DNA of 32,000 nt, taken from positions 2,550,001 to 2,582,000 of the forward strand of contig NZ_CP064923.1 of the NCBI RefSeq assembly GCF_018336915.1. Reading direction: 5' to 3'. Both the position numbers and the translations under genes were made by a program. The notes beneath the pieces were generated by a model. The model ran no database searches. It saw nothing but the letters and a program-made list of their open reading frames with translations, and was not told the DNA's origin. Shown here piece by piece: positions 1 to 7,667 of this stretch. Source of the DNA: Acaryochloris marina S15. GTDB lineage: Bacteria; Cyanobacteriota; Cyanobacteriia; Thermosynechococcales; Thermosynechococcaceae. Within the stretch, counting starts at the first letter, position 1. Every line of letters starts with the position of its first letter.

Positions 1-1417
1 AGTGGTTCGTTTTAGCTACTCCGATATAGTCTGAAAAATTCTCACATGGGAAAAACTTTCCGAATGCGTCAAATTCATCGCTCTTGCCTGCTTCTTTGAA
101 AAACGGCTCTACTTCTGCGAAAGTATTTCTGGCGAGCTGAAAGCTATCCCATTCGTAGTATTCTTGGATAGCTGCACGCCACTCTTCAGGTGTAGTGGGA
201 TTCAATGGATTTAGAGAGTCCACTTCCCAATCAGATAATTTCACTCCACTTTCAAAATCACCTTTTTCATAAGCATTTTTAACTTTCGCAAACCGAGTAT
301 GCTGAATAGCATTTGCAGTTTCGAAAATTGCGTTCAAAGCAGTAGTAGTGTTATGTCCTTTCGCAAGTCGGACCTCATGGCTTTCGGGATCATATGAACC
401 CGATGTTCCCTTCTGAGCTGTCTTGTAGGTAACCCCTGCTTTCGCTTTGAGTTTTGCAAACTCCTCGGATTTATCGAGGATTGCTTTGACGATGACTCCT
501 GGTTTACTACCTGCTCCTACTAACTCATCTTTAAGCTCGGTCGGGCTACTTGTACCGCAACAGCGATGCACCCGACCTACAGGGGATTCGTTGATTATCT
601 CAGTGGGCTGACCAAAAGCAATTGCACTCCTCTTAGCCTGATCCTTGGATGGTAGCCGACTCATGGATACTTTACTTCTGTTGGCTTGAATCGCGCCATT
701 CTGCTGTACTACATGGGTCAACTCATGAGCAATCAGCTCTTGTCCAACACGGTTCCCAGGCTGATATGCTCCCTCTCGGAAAAACATATCCTGACCCGTC
801 GTAAATGCCCTCGCCTGAATCGATTGATTTAACTGGTCTGACTGGGTATCTGTATGCACCCGTACTCCACTAAAATCAGCACCCATTGCCTGACCCATTG
901 ACTGCTGCAATTCTGAATTCAATGGCTGTCCACTACCCCTGGCTCTATTGATAGTAGACTCTAAATCTGGCGATGCTTCTTCACCTGCTATTGCTTGCCG
1001 CCGCTGGATGGCAGCACGAAGACTTTTCGCTTGTATTTCATCTTCTGGTCTTTTCTCCCGTTGAATTGACTGATCTTGATTTAATTGAGAAGAATTAGGA
1101 GCATTGATTTGATAAACCACTTGAGAAGCAACTCTATCCGCTTCTTGTTCATATTTATCTCCTGGCTGCCCAAGCGTTAGCTTCCGCTGAATCCAAGGTT
1201 GTGCTAAGTCTCCGGATGGGTTAGGAACTTTATCCATCCAGGGCGTTCCAAACCGTGCCCATTTCTCCTGCTGAGCTTTCCATTCTGCTAAACCCTCTTC
1301 ATTTGTCTTTGCTTGAATAGCAGGTACTACTGGAGCTGTTGATTGAATTTGGTCTAGTGATTTTGCCTGTGGTATCGGTTGAGATTTCTCTGGCTGAGAA
1401 GAATGTGTACGCTTCAT
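1..1417 (-). CDS. DUF4157-type zincin-like (HExxH) domain protein, polymorphic-toxin/effector-like; C-terminus lies beyond the window
   Basis: Not in the supplied ORF track because there is no stop inside the window. My translation of the minus strand from ATG (1417-1415) stays open for about 472 codons down to position 1. It contains 'YEQEADRVASQVV' and 'MGADFSGVRVHTDTQSDQLNQSIQARAFTTGQDMFFREGAYQPGNRVGQELIAHELTHVVQQ', the hallmark DUF4157 block. The HELTH motif is encoded at 713-727. Confidence 0.8.
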   Translation of the reverse strand, partial: MKRTHSSQPEKSQPIPQAKSLDQIQSTAPVVPAIQAKTNEEGLAEWKAQQEKWARFGTPWMDKVPNPSGDLAQPWIQRKLTLGQPGDKYEQEADRVASQVVYQINAPNSSQLNQDQSIQREKRPEDEIQAKSLRAAIQRRQAIAGEEASPDLESTINRARGSGQPLNSELQQSMGQAMGADFSGVRVHTDTQSDQLNQSIQARAFTTGQDMFFREGAYQPGNRVGQELIAHELTHVVQQNGAIQANRSKVSMSRLPSKDQAKRSAIAFGQPTEIINESPVGRVHRCCGTSSPTELKDELVGAGSKPGVIVKAILDKSEEFAKLKAKAGVTYKTAQKGTSGSYDPESHEVRLAKGHNTTTALNAIFETANAIQHTRFAKVKNAYEKGDFESGVKLSDWEVDSLNPLNPTTPEEWRAAIQEYYEWDSFQLARNTFAEVEPFFKEAGKSDEFDAFGKFFPCENFSDYIGVAKTNH

Positions 1418-1581
1418 CTACTGTCCCCTATCCGAAATCGAATCACCTTCCTTCAATCCTAAACCCAAGGAAATAATTACTACGATAGGAAATGTGCTAA
1501 CTCAAATAGTAGTTGATTCACTCCCAGATCCGGGCCAACCACTCCCGACCCAGATACGCCACGACCATCTACTCGATCTGC

Positions 1582-2346
1582 CTAGCTCGCCTCGTGATCT
1601 ATCAAGTCATCAGATTGATCGTTTTGCAATGCATAACCTACCCCACGAAACGTATGGATAAACTCGCATTCCTCTGAACTAGCCTTGAGCTTATTCCGTA
1701 AGCGAGACATATGGACATCAACTGTCCGAGTATCAACGATGGATTCTTGGCTATAACCCCATACTTTCTGTAGCAGCTCTTGACGAGAAACTACTACTCC
1801 AGGGTGACTTGCCAACAGCTCTAACAAACAAAACTCCATATGGGTGAGGTAGATGCGTTCTTGCCCCAGGATTACCTGCCGTTTGTTGGTGTCAATATGG
1901 AGTAAACCAATCTCAATTACACCATTAATTTGATACTTTGACGGGTTTAGAGCATCCAGTCTACGGAGAATACAACGAACACGTGATTCTAATTCTTTGG
2001 GTGAAAAGGGCTTGATCATGTAATCATCAGCTCCCATTTCCAGACCAGTAATGCGGTCTCTTACATCCGATAGAGCCGTCAGCATAATAATCGGCACTCT
2101 CGATATTTGACGGACTGCTTGACAGACTCCATAGCCATCCAGATTGGGCATCATCACATCTAGCACAATTAAATCAGGATGTTGACGCTCAAAAATTTCT
2201 AACGCTTCGACGCCATCAGCAGCGGTGAAAACCTGATAGCCCATCATAGATAGTCGAGTACTTAAAATTCGTCGAATCGGTACTTCATCATCAACTACCA
2301 AAATTGAATGCTGCTCAATGCTCAGATGATTCATGAGGTCAGACAC
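1582..2346 (-). CDS. OmpR-family response regulator, RpaB/Ycf27-like
   Basis: 254-aa ORF starting at GTG 2346, with an alternative ATG at 2334. The receiver domain 'ILVVDDEVPIRRILSTRLSMMGYQVFTAADGVEALEIFERQHPDLIVLDVMMPNLDGYGVCQ...PIIMLTALSDVRDRITGLEMGADDYMIKPFSPKELESRV' is very close to cyanobacterial RpaB as I remember it. The C-terminus is a winged helix ('VDVHMSRLRNKL...TFRGVGY'). No kinase gene is adjacent. Confidence 0.9.
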   Translation of the reverse strand: MSDLMNHLSIEQHSILVVDDEVPIRRILSTRLSMMGYQVFTAADGVEALEIFERQHPDLIVLDVMMPNLDGYGVCQAVRQISRVPIIMLTALSDVRDRITGLEMGADDYMIKPFSPKELESRVRCILRRLDALNPSKYQINGVIEIGLLHIDTNKRQVILGQERIYLTHMEFCLLELLASHPGVVVSRQELLQKVWGYSQESIVDTRTVDVHMSRLRNKLKASSEECEFIHTFRGVGYALQNDQSDDLIDHEAS

Positions 2347-2525
2347 CCTGGGCTACGCTTAATTTTAAGGTAGCATTTATACCTAAGCAATAATACTTAA
2401 AACGCTTGGTTAGACAAGATTCTTATAATTAGTCATTTTTCAAAGAACCTGCCAAGATCACCACTTTCAACTCACCCCCAAACCCTCTCTGCCCGACTCA
2501 GCCAATTAGGCCTAATAGCTGTATC

Positions 2526-3369
2526 GGTAGTGTCGCAAAAATAGAGTGTTGACCGATAGACAGTGGTAAATTGAGAGGCTCTGTTCCTTTTCTCTCCCAT
2601 CAATGAAAACTACTGATCTGTTCAAATGGCGTCATTACCAATCTGAGATCATCCTGCTCAATGTTCGTTGGTATTGCCGTTATCCCCTCAGCTATAGAAA
2701 TTTAGAAGAGATGATGATAGAGAGGGGCTTAGAGGTGGATCACAGCACCATCAATCGGTGGGTTCTCAAATATTCTCCTGAGCTAGACAAGCGCTGTCGT
2801 CGGCATCTCAAGCCTACCAATGATTCTTGGAGAGTTGATGAAACTTACATCAAAATCCGTAAAAAGTGGCGATACCTATATCGAGCCGTAGACTCTGATG
2901 GCTACACCCTCGACTTTTTACTCACAGCAAAGCGGGATGCTAAGGCTGCGAAGCGCTTTCTGACTAAAGCACTGAATGCCGTTCATACCCATGAACCTCG
3001 GGTGATCAATGTGGACAAGAATCCAGCATATCCTCCTGCTGTTGAGCAGTTACAGGAAGAGGAACGTATCCCTGAAGGAGTAAAAGTACGGCAGGTAAAA
3101 TACCTCAATAATATAGTGGAGCAAGATCATCGTGGCATTAAAAGTCTCGTGAACCCTGGTATGGGATTTGGATCGTTTAACTCGGCTAGACGAACCTTAA
3201 AAGGGTATGAAGCGATGAACATGATCCGTAAAGGTCAGATCAAAAATGTGGGCAAAGATGATGTGGTAGGACAGATCTCTTTTATCAATCAAATCTTCGG
3301 ATTAGCTGCATAGTCTCGGATAGAAATCTGAGGAGTTTTGTAACTGGAAGCATTTTTTGCGACACAACC
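2526..3369 (+). mobile_element. IS6-family insertion sequence, copy 1 (844 bp, complete)
   Basis: The terminal inverted repeats are GGTAGTGTCGCAAAAA (2526-2541) and the reverse complement of 3354-3369 (GGTTGTGTCGCAAAAA), matching at 15/16. The same ends, length and ORF offsets (77 and 56 nt) are found in copy 2 at 29649-30492. Confidence 0.9.
2603..3313 (+). CDS. IS6-family DDE transposase
   Basis: 236 aa. 'FKWRHYQSEIILLNVRWYCRYPLSYRNLEEMMIERGLEVDHSTINRWV' and 'DETYIKIRKKWRYLYRAVD' parallel the IS26 Tnp26 motifs (FKGRHF..., DETYVKVNGRWAYLYRAVD). The protein is identical to that of ORF 29705..30415. Confidence 0.95.
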   Translation: MKTTDLFKWRHYQSEIILLNVRWYCRYPLSYRNLEEMMIERGLEVDHSTINRWVLKYSPELDKRCRRHLKPTNDSWRVDETYIKIRKKWRYLYRAVDSDGYTLDFLLTAKRDAKAAKRFLTKALNAVHTHEPRVINVDKNPAYPPAVEQLQEEERIPEGVKVRQVKYLNNIVEQDHRGIKSLVNPGMGFGSFNSARRTLKGYEAMNMIRKGQIKNVGKDDVVGQISFINQIFGLAA

Positions 3370-3686
3370 GGAACTAACACCAAATCGCATCTGGTCAATA
3401 TAGCTTTAGTGACTTCTGAAAGTGAGCCTGGCCCATCAACTACAACAACGTCATAGTCATCTGAAAAGGCAGGTAAACTTTCAAATAACTGTTCAGGATC
3501 TATAAGTACTTTATAATCGAGTCCAAGTTCGTTAAGCCATGCGGAACTACTCTGCTGACCATCTGCATCAACAAGCATTACTGAAAGACCTTTTTGAGCA
3601 AGCCAAAATGCTGCATGAGCAGCACTTGTAGATTTTCCAGATCCACCTTTTTGATTAGCAAAAGCAATGATTTTGGGAGTTTGCAT
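3370..3686 (-). pseudogene. parA: ParA/Soj-type partition ATPase, 3'-truncated by IS6 copy 1
   Basis: From ATG 3686 the sequence reads 'MQTPKIIAFANQKGGSGKSTSAAHAAFWLAQKGLSVMLVDADGQ...VVVVDGPGSLSEVTKAILTRCDLVLVP', which includes the deviant Walker A KGGSGKST. Homology stops at codon ~106, exactly at the IS6 end (3369/3370). The rest of track ORF 3285..3785 is read-through into the IS. Confidence 0.85.
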
Positions 3687-3732
3687 AGAGTAGAGGCTTC
3701 TGTATCTAAACCTAACCAGACAAATATTATAC

Positions 3733-3930
3733 TCAATCTGTTGATTTGCAAATGAGATCGTTATCTTTCGACTGGATAAATGCAATCGACCCTAGAACGG
3801 TGTAAGCAGTGAATATAAATAAGAACCAACTCAGGATTATATAAAGCGTTAAATACCAACCGAGTTTGACCATCGCACTGCTCAACGAATAGGGTAGTTC
3901 TTGCCCGTAAATTTTAGTGATTAACCTCAA
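3733..3930 (-). CDS. hypothetical small membrane peptide (65 aa); doubtful
   Basis: TTG-initiated ORF 46 nt downstream of the NACHT gene stop, with one hydrophobic stretch ('GWYLTLYIILSWFLFIFTAYTVLGSIAF'). No recognisable family and no clear RBS. Confidence 0.25.
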   Translation of the reverse strand: MRLITKIYGQELPYSLSSAMVKLGWYLTLYIILSWFLFIFTAYTVLGSIAFIQSKDNDLICKSTD

Positions 3931-3975
3931 CCCTATGACCTATGGTAATCCTATGGCATAGAGCTTCAATAAATG

Positions 3976-6174
3976 TTATGGCTTTAGACTCAATTCATAT
4001 GGAGTTTTCCCATCCATACTGGCAAAATGCTCAAGCAACATTCGATGGATAAAGATATAGCCATCGCCAATCTTCTGCAGAAAGAGACAGTTCACAGAAT
4101 CATCTAAAAAGCGGGCATAATCCCAAGGAATATATCTCATCCGATAGAGCATCACCCTAAGTGAAAAATGCCGTAGGCAAGTTGTACCACCCCCCAGCAA
4201 CCCACCTATCAGCCCACCTATCAATCCATACCTCATCCCGCTATATGGCCCAAAGATTAGCCCAAATAATAGCCCAGAACTCAGTCCACCCATCAGTCCA
4301 AACGTTATAGCATTACGAAAAGATTTCCAAAGTTCTTGGTTTGCTCTTAATCCCTGATTGAGAGTGACTTCTTGACCTCTAAATACAGTCGTCAGCTCAC
4401 CCAGCAGCCCCACTATTAACCCAAATATCAAGCCATAAATTAGTCCAGATATCGACCCTACCATTAGCCAAACCATCAACCCAGATATTGACCCTACTAT
4501 TAGCCCAAACGCTACAACTGTGCGGAGCGACTTCCTAAATCTTAGGTGCACCCTAGATTTATTAGGAAGGTCTATTCCTGGACCTCTAAAGCCACCCATC
4601 AATCCCACCATTAGCCCAATAATTAGCCCAGCTGCTAACCCAAAGATTGCCCCATATATAGCCCCAATCATGAGTCCAAAGATCGCCCCATACATCAGCC
4701 CAAGTATCAGCCCAATCATCACCCCAGCTGCTAGCCCAGTCTCTAGCCCAGTCGGTAAAGTATCGATTGCTTCTTTCCTAGACCATCTGACCGTCTCTGG
4801 CATTTTAATTCGTTCTAAGCATCCAACAATCAGCCCAACTATTAACCCAATAGTTAACCCAAGCAATGGCCCAGAAAACAACCCAACTAATAACCCAGAA
4901 ATTAGCCCAATCAATAACCCGCTTTCCAGGCGATATCTCATCCTTAGAGGCTCATTGTGAAAGCAGTTCGGCTGCAATCCCTCAACCCTAAAAATGGTTT
5001 GGGAGTTTTGAAGCATTTGCTGTGCTACCCAAATTAGCCAATGTGTTGCTTGCTCTTGGAGATAGGGTTGTGCGGTTTCTCGACGCTTGAAAATGCGTTT
5101 GATATAGGTGTCAAATAAGTGTTGACGGAAAATATCTGATGTCGCTGACTGGGGAAAATCATCCAAAGTACAACCTTGATAGGTCAAGCTCATAATGCTC
5201 AACAATAAAGGTGAAGAGGCAAGTGTTTGAATCTCAGAGTCTTCGCTTATTACTGCTCTTAAAGCCGCTAAAGGGGCTCCTACTTGTTCCAGATAATCGT
5301 CAATTTGCTGAGGTTGTAGAGGTTGAACGTAAATTGCGTTTTGCAAACTGAGCTTTTTTGAAAGGGATTCATAGTCGTAAACCCGGCTACATACAACCAT
5401 TTCAGTACGATTATGAGTTTGCATGAAATGATTGAGGGCGTCTACACATGCATTCTGATGTTTGGACTCAACTTCATCGAGACCATCTAACAGTAGGATG
5501 AGTTGCTCTTTTTCGATCCAGGCTTTCCCCAATACCTTAGCAACGGTATAGGTCTCATAGAGTTCTTGTACCAACCACTCCTCAATGGACTGTTGTTGTC
5601 TCGCCCAAGATGAGAGGTTCATCACCACTGGTAATGGCTGACTTAGATCCGCTTTGGAACGGGCAATCAGGCTTGCCGCTAATTTCAACAGAGTAACTGT
5701 TTTGCCAGACCCAGGCTCTCCTAAAATCAACATTGTGCGTCCAGCACCAATATCTTCAAATAGGTTGGTGGCTGTCTTACTTCGGGCGAGAACTTGCTGT
5801 ATTTCAGCAGGAAGTTCCTCTAAATCTCGTAATGGATTTAAAATACTATCACTCCAATCTTCCAACCCAAGTTCTTGCAAAACTTGGTTATGGAGTGAAT
5901 TTCCTAAAACACCATCAATCCAAAACTGCTGTACTTTACTGAGTAGAATCTTTCGCCATTCTTGTTCTTCTCTGATTAGGGACTTTGTTGTACTCAAAGG
6001 TGCATAATCAACTTGAACAGTGCCATAGATATTGATTAAACCGATCCCATCTTGAATTTGCTCTAATTTTAGATTTTGCCCAGTGATATCACCAATCTGA
6101 ACTGATTTTAGAACGCTATCGGAGATGCTTGATCTCTGTTTGAGCTTTTGATTTGGCGGTGGTTCCATACTCAC
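3976..6174 (-). CDS. NACHT-domain (STAND) NTPase with a C-terminal multi-pass glycine-zipper transmembrane region
   Basis: 732 aa. Walker A 'GEPGSGKT' is encoded at 5698-5721 and Walker B is 'LILLLDGLDEV'; downstream NACHT-like helices include 'SPLLLSIMSLTY'. Residues ~417-663 are four hydrophobic GxxxG blocks. The soluble tail 'IPWDYARFLDDSVNCLFLQKIGDGYIFIHRMLLEHFA' resembles tails I recall on other cyanobacterial NACHT proteins. The start is GTG 6174, overlapping the upstream stop by 1 nt, or ATG 6168. Confidence 0.9.
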   Translation of the reverse strand: MSMEPPPNQKLKQRSSISDSVLKSVQIGDITGQNLKLEQIQDGIGLINIYGTVQVDYAPLSTTKSLIREEQEWRKILLSKVQQFWIDGVLGNSLHNQVLQELGLEDWSDSILNPLRDLEELPAEIQQVLARSKTATNLFEDIGAGRTMLILGEPGSGKTVTLLKLAASLIARSKADLSQPLPVVMNLSSWARQQQSIEEWLVQELYETYTVAKVLGKAWIEKEQLILLLDGLDEVESKHQNACVDALNHFMQTHNRTEMVVCSRVYDYESLSKKLSLQNAIYVQPLQPQQIDDYLEQVGAPLAALRAVISEDSEIQTLASSPLLLSIMSLTYQGCTLDDFPQSATSDIFRQHLFDTYIKRIFKRRETAQPYLQEQATHWLIWVAQQMLQNSQTIFRVEGLQPNCFHNEPLRMRYRLESGLLIGLISGLLVGLFSGPLLGLTIGLIVGLIVGCLERIKMPETVRWSRKEAIDTLPTGLETGLAAGVMIGLILGLMYGAIFGLMIGAIYGAIFGLAAGLIIGLMVGLMGGFRGPGIDLPNKSRVHLRFRKSLRTVVAFGLIVGSISGLMVWLMVGSISGLIYGLIFGLIVGLLGELTTVFRGQEVTLNQGLRANQELWKSFRNAITFGLMGGLSSGLLFGLIFGPYSGMRYGLIGGLIGGLLGGGTTCLRHFSLRVMLYRMRYIPWDYARFLDDSVNCLFLQKIGDGYIFIHRMLLEHFASMDGKTPYELSLKP
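4186..4926 (-). repeat. Four tandem glycine-zipper TM modules inside the NACHT gene (coding repeat, about 12-nt periodicity)
   Basis: The protein has runs with Gly every 4th residue: 'GLLIGLISGLLVGLFSGPLLGLTIGLIVGLIVG', 'GLAAGVMIGLILGLMYGAIFGLMIGAIYGAIFGLAAGLIIGLMVGLMGG', 'FGLIVGSISGLMVWLMVGSISGLIYGLIFGLIVGLLG' and 'FGLMGGLSSGLLFGLIFGPYSGMRYGLIGGLIGGLLGGG'. On the + strand, attagccca/atcagccca/attaaccca units recur. Confidence 0.8.
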
Positions 6175-6758
6175 TATGATTTCTTCTGCAAGCGAACGCT
6201 CTCTTGTTCGGGTTTTAAGCCAGAATATGTGGATGTATCAGTGATGATATCTTTGAGTAATTCACAAATCTCGTTGGAATAATATTGTAAATACCACTGA
6301 ACTATCACATAAAAAGATCCTAAATATAAAGGAATTATTTCAAGTCCTCTCCATTCGAATATGGGTAAAATAAATGCTATCAGAAAAGCCGCGATTGAGA
6401 CTGGGACTAGGATATAGGTATATTGATGATTCAGCTGTATTAGCAACTGTAAGGCAATGTGATCTCCTTGGCTGATCAAACGCCCATGTGTGCGGAACAA
6501 AAACAGACTATTGAGTCTGGGGCCAATCAAAACTAACTGATTTTGAGTGAGATGTCCCCGATAATATCGAGTCGGTACCGTCCGTTGTCTGCGTTTGAGA
6601 ATAATGTCTTGAGCAAATATTATTTTTAATCGCTGCTGTGCTTGCATTATGGGCACAGGAATCGTCAACGTCATACATCGATATGGAATCAATTGACCCG
6701 CGACTGGTTTCAGATTTTTAGTTTTGGCTTTGTATTCCCTGGAAGTTTTTATGTTCAT
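6174..6758 (-). CDS. hypothetical protein, basic N-terminal half plus two C-terminal TM helices
   Basis: 194-aa ORF starting at ATG 6758. Its stop TAG (6176-6174) overlaps or abuts the NACHT start, implying translational coupling. The hydrophobic segments are 'YILVPVSIAAFLIAFILPIF' and 'IIPLYLGSFYVIVQWYLQYY'. No family recognised. Confidence 0.6.
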   Translation of the reverse strand: MNIKTSREYKAKTKNLKPVAGQLIPYRCMTLTIPVPIMQAQQRLKIIFAQDIILKRRQRTVPTRYYRGHLTQNQLVLIGPRLNSLFLFRTHGRLISQGDHIALQLLIQLNHQYTYILVPVSIAAFLIAFILPIFEWRGLEIIPLYLGSFYVIVQWYLQYYSNEICELLKDIITDTSTYSGLKPEQESVRLQKKS

Positions 6759-6932
6759 ACGATAAAGCAGCTTTTTCTTGTAAAGACCTACAGTTTGAGA
6801 AAGATGAATTTCTCAAGCTGATTAATACTCAAATGCATTTCAATCCTTTACCCTAGGTAGAGTTTGAGCCATTATTACTCCAGTAAAAACACAAAATTTA
6901 ATCCTTGATCCAAGCCTCTAACCCGACCTCCG

Positions 6933-7667
6933 TCATAATTTGCGACGGCTCCAGAAATCATCAACAATAATGACAACAACCGTTGGTACACAGCCAAAGA
7001 CCACTATCAAAATGATGCAAGTGAAAATAGTCAACATACCTTCACTTACATCCGTATCATAGAAAAACCGCTGACCTTCTAAATATTGAATCGATTGATC
7101 ATTCGCCCCGATCTTGAAAATCGCTTCATAGTAGGGGGCGTACTCGTCTGCAATTTGATAACCAACGGCACTAATAAACGCTCGTTTTTCTCCTGATGAT
7201 GTTTCGCCAATTAAGATAATTCCTGACATATTATGGTTGGTAAAGCCCTCATCAGGAGCGGCAATAATAGGGGATTGCATCATCGGAGTATATAAATCTG
7301 CAACTCCTTTAGAGTTTTTGTCAAAGGAGGACGGCAACCTGCCCGTAGACTGCAAGTAACGTGGAAGGCGTTTATATAATTCGTTGTGGTGAAACTCGTT
7401 CAGTATTCCAGACAGAGGTATATCAGGATCAACAACGAATGAACATTGTTCAGGGTCTCTACAGTCTGGTGTTCGAACTAGTATTAATCTTTCAACCTTG
7501 ACAATCGTCTTCGCTGCCTCGAGTAAGTCCGGACGCCTATACCAATAGCCCCACCGTTCATTGTTATACCAAAAGGAGGCAATAAAGGACAGGACAACTA
7601 CACCCATGAAGTAATACAAGGCAAGTCTTACGGGCTTGCTCAAAGAACTTAATGGCGCTTCTTTCAT
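6933..7667 (-). CDS. hypothetical bitopic membrane protein
   Basis: The track ORF 6933..7706 starts at TTG; the first ATG is at 7667 ('MKEAPLSS...'), giving 244 aa. It has an N-terminal TM ('LALYYFMGVVVLSFIASFWY') and a C-terminal TM ('MLTIFTCIILIVVFGCVPTVVVIIV') around a ~170-aa domain. It runs in the same direction as the NACHT gene and ends 174 nt upstream of the 194-aa gene. Confidence 0.55.
   Translation of the reverse strand: MKEAPLSSLSKPVRLALYYFMGVVVLSFIASFWYNNERWGYWYRRPDLLEAAKTIVKVERLILVRTPDCRDPEQCSFVVDPDIPLSGILNEFHHNELYKRLPRYLQSTGRLPSSFDKNSKGVADLYTPMMQSPIIAAPDEGFTNHNMSGIILIGETSSGEKRAFISAVGYQIADEYAPYYEAIFKIGANDQSIQYLEGQRFFYDTDVSEGMLTIFTCIILIVVFGCVPTVVVIIVDDFWSRRKL

Noticed and set aside
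1518-1575. C-rich intergenic stretches that look alike by eye (1518-1575, 2470-2505, 7861-7925, 12975-13020; for example 'tcacccc(c)aaa(a)c..ctctc..gcc..actc')
   Set aside because: Similarity is only about 70-75% over ~30 nt of low-complexity sequence and needs gaps, so I cannot distinguish it from chance without a proper alignment or genome-wide count. It may be worth a motif search, but it is not reportable as a repeat family.
3285-3785. 166-aa minus-strand ORF taken at face value
   Set aside because: It is a chimera. Only 3370-3686 is ParA. The C-terminal 'VSQKMLPVTKLLRFLSETMQLIRRFD' is read-through into IS6 copy 1, and the N-terminal 33 residues precede the real ParA Met.
4520-4960. 146-aa + strand ORF ('ISPIISPAANPKIAPYIAPIMSPKIAPYISPSISPIITPAASP...')
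   Set aside because: It is antisense to the glycine-zipper repeat region of the NACHT gene. Its proline/serine periodicity is the mirror image of the GxxxG codon repeat (GGN read backwards gives NCC). It has no independent support.
5654-6007. + strand ORFs 5654..6007 and 5733..5942
   Set aside because: They lie entirely inside the well-supported NACHT NTPase core on the opposite strand, and their composition is low-complexity and not protein-like.
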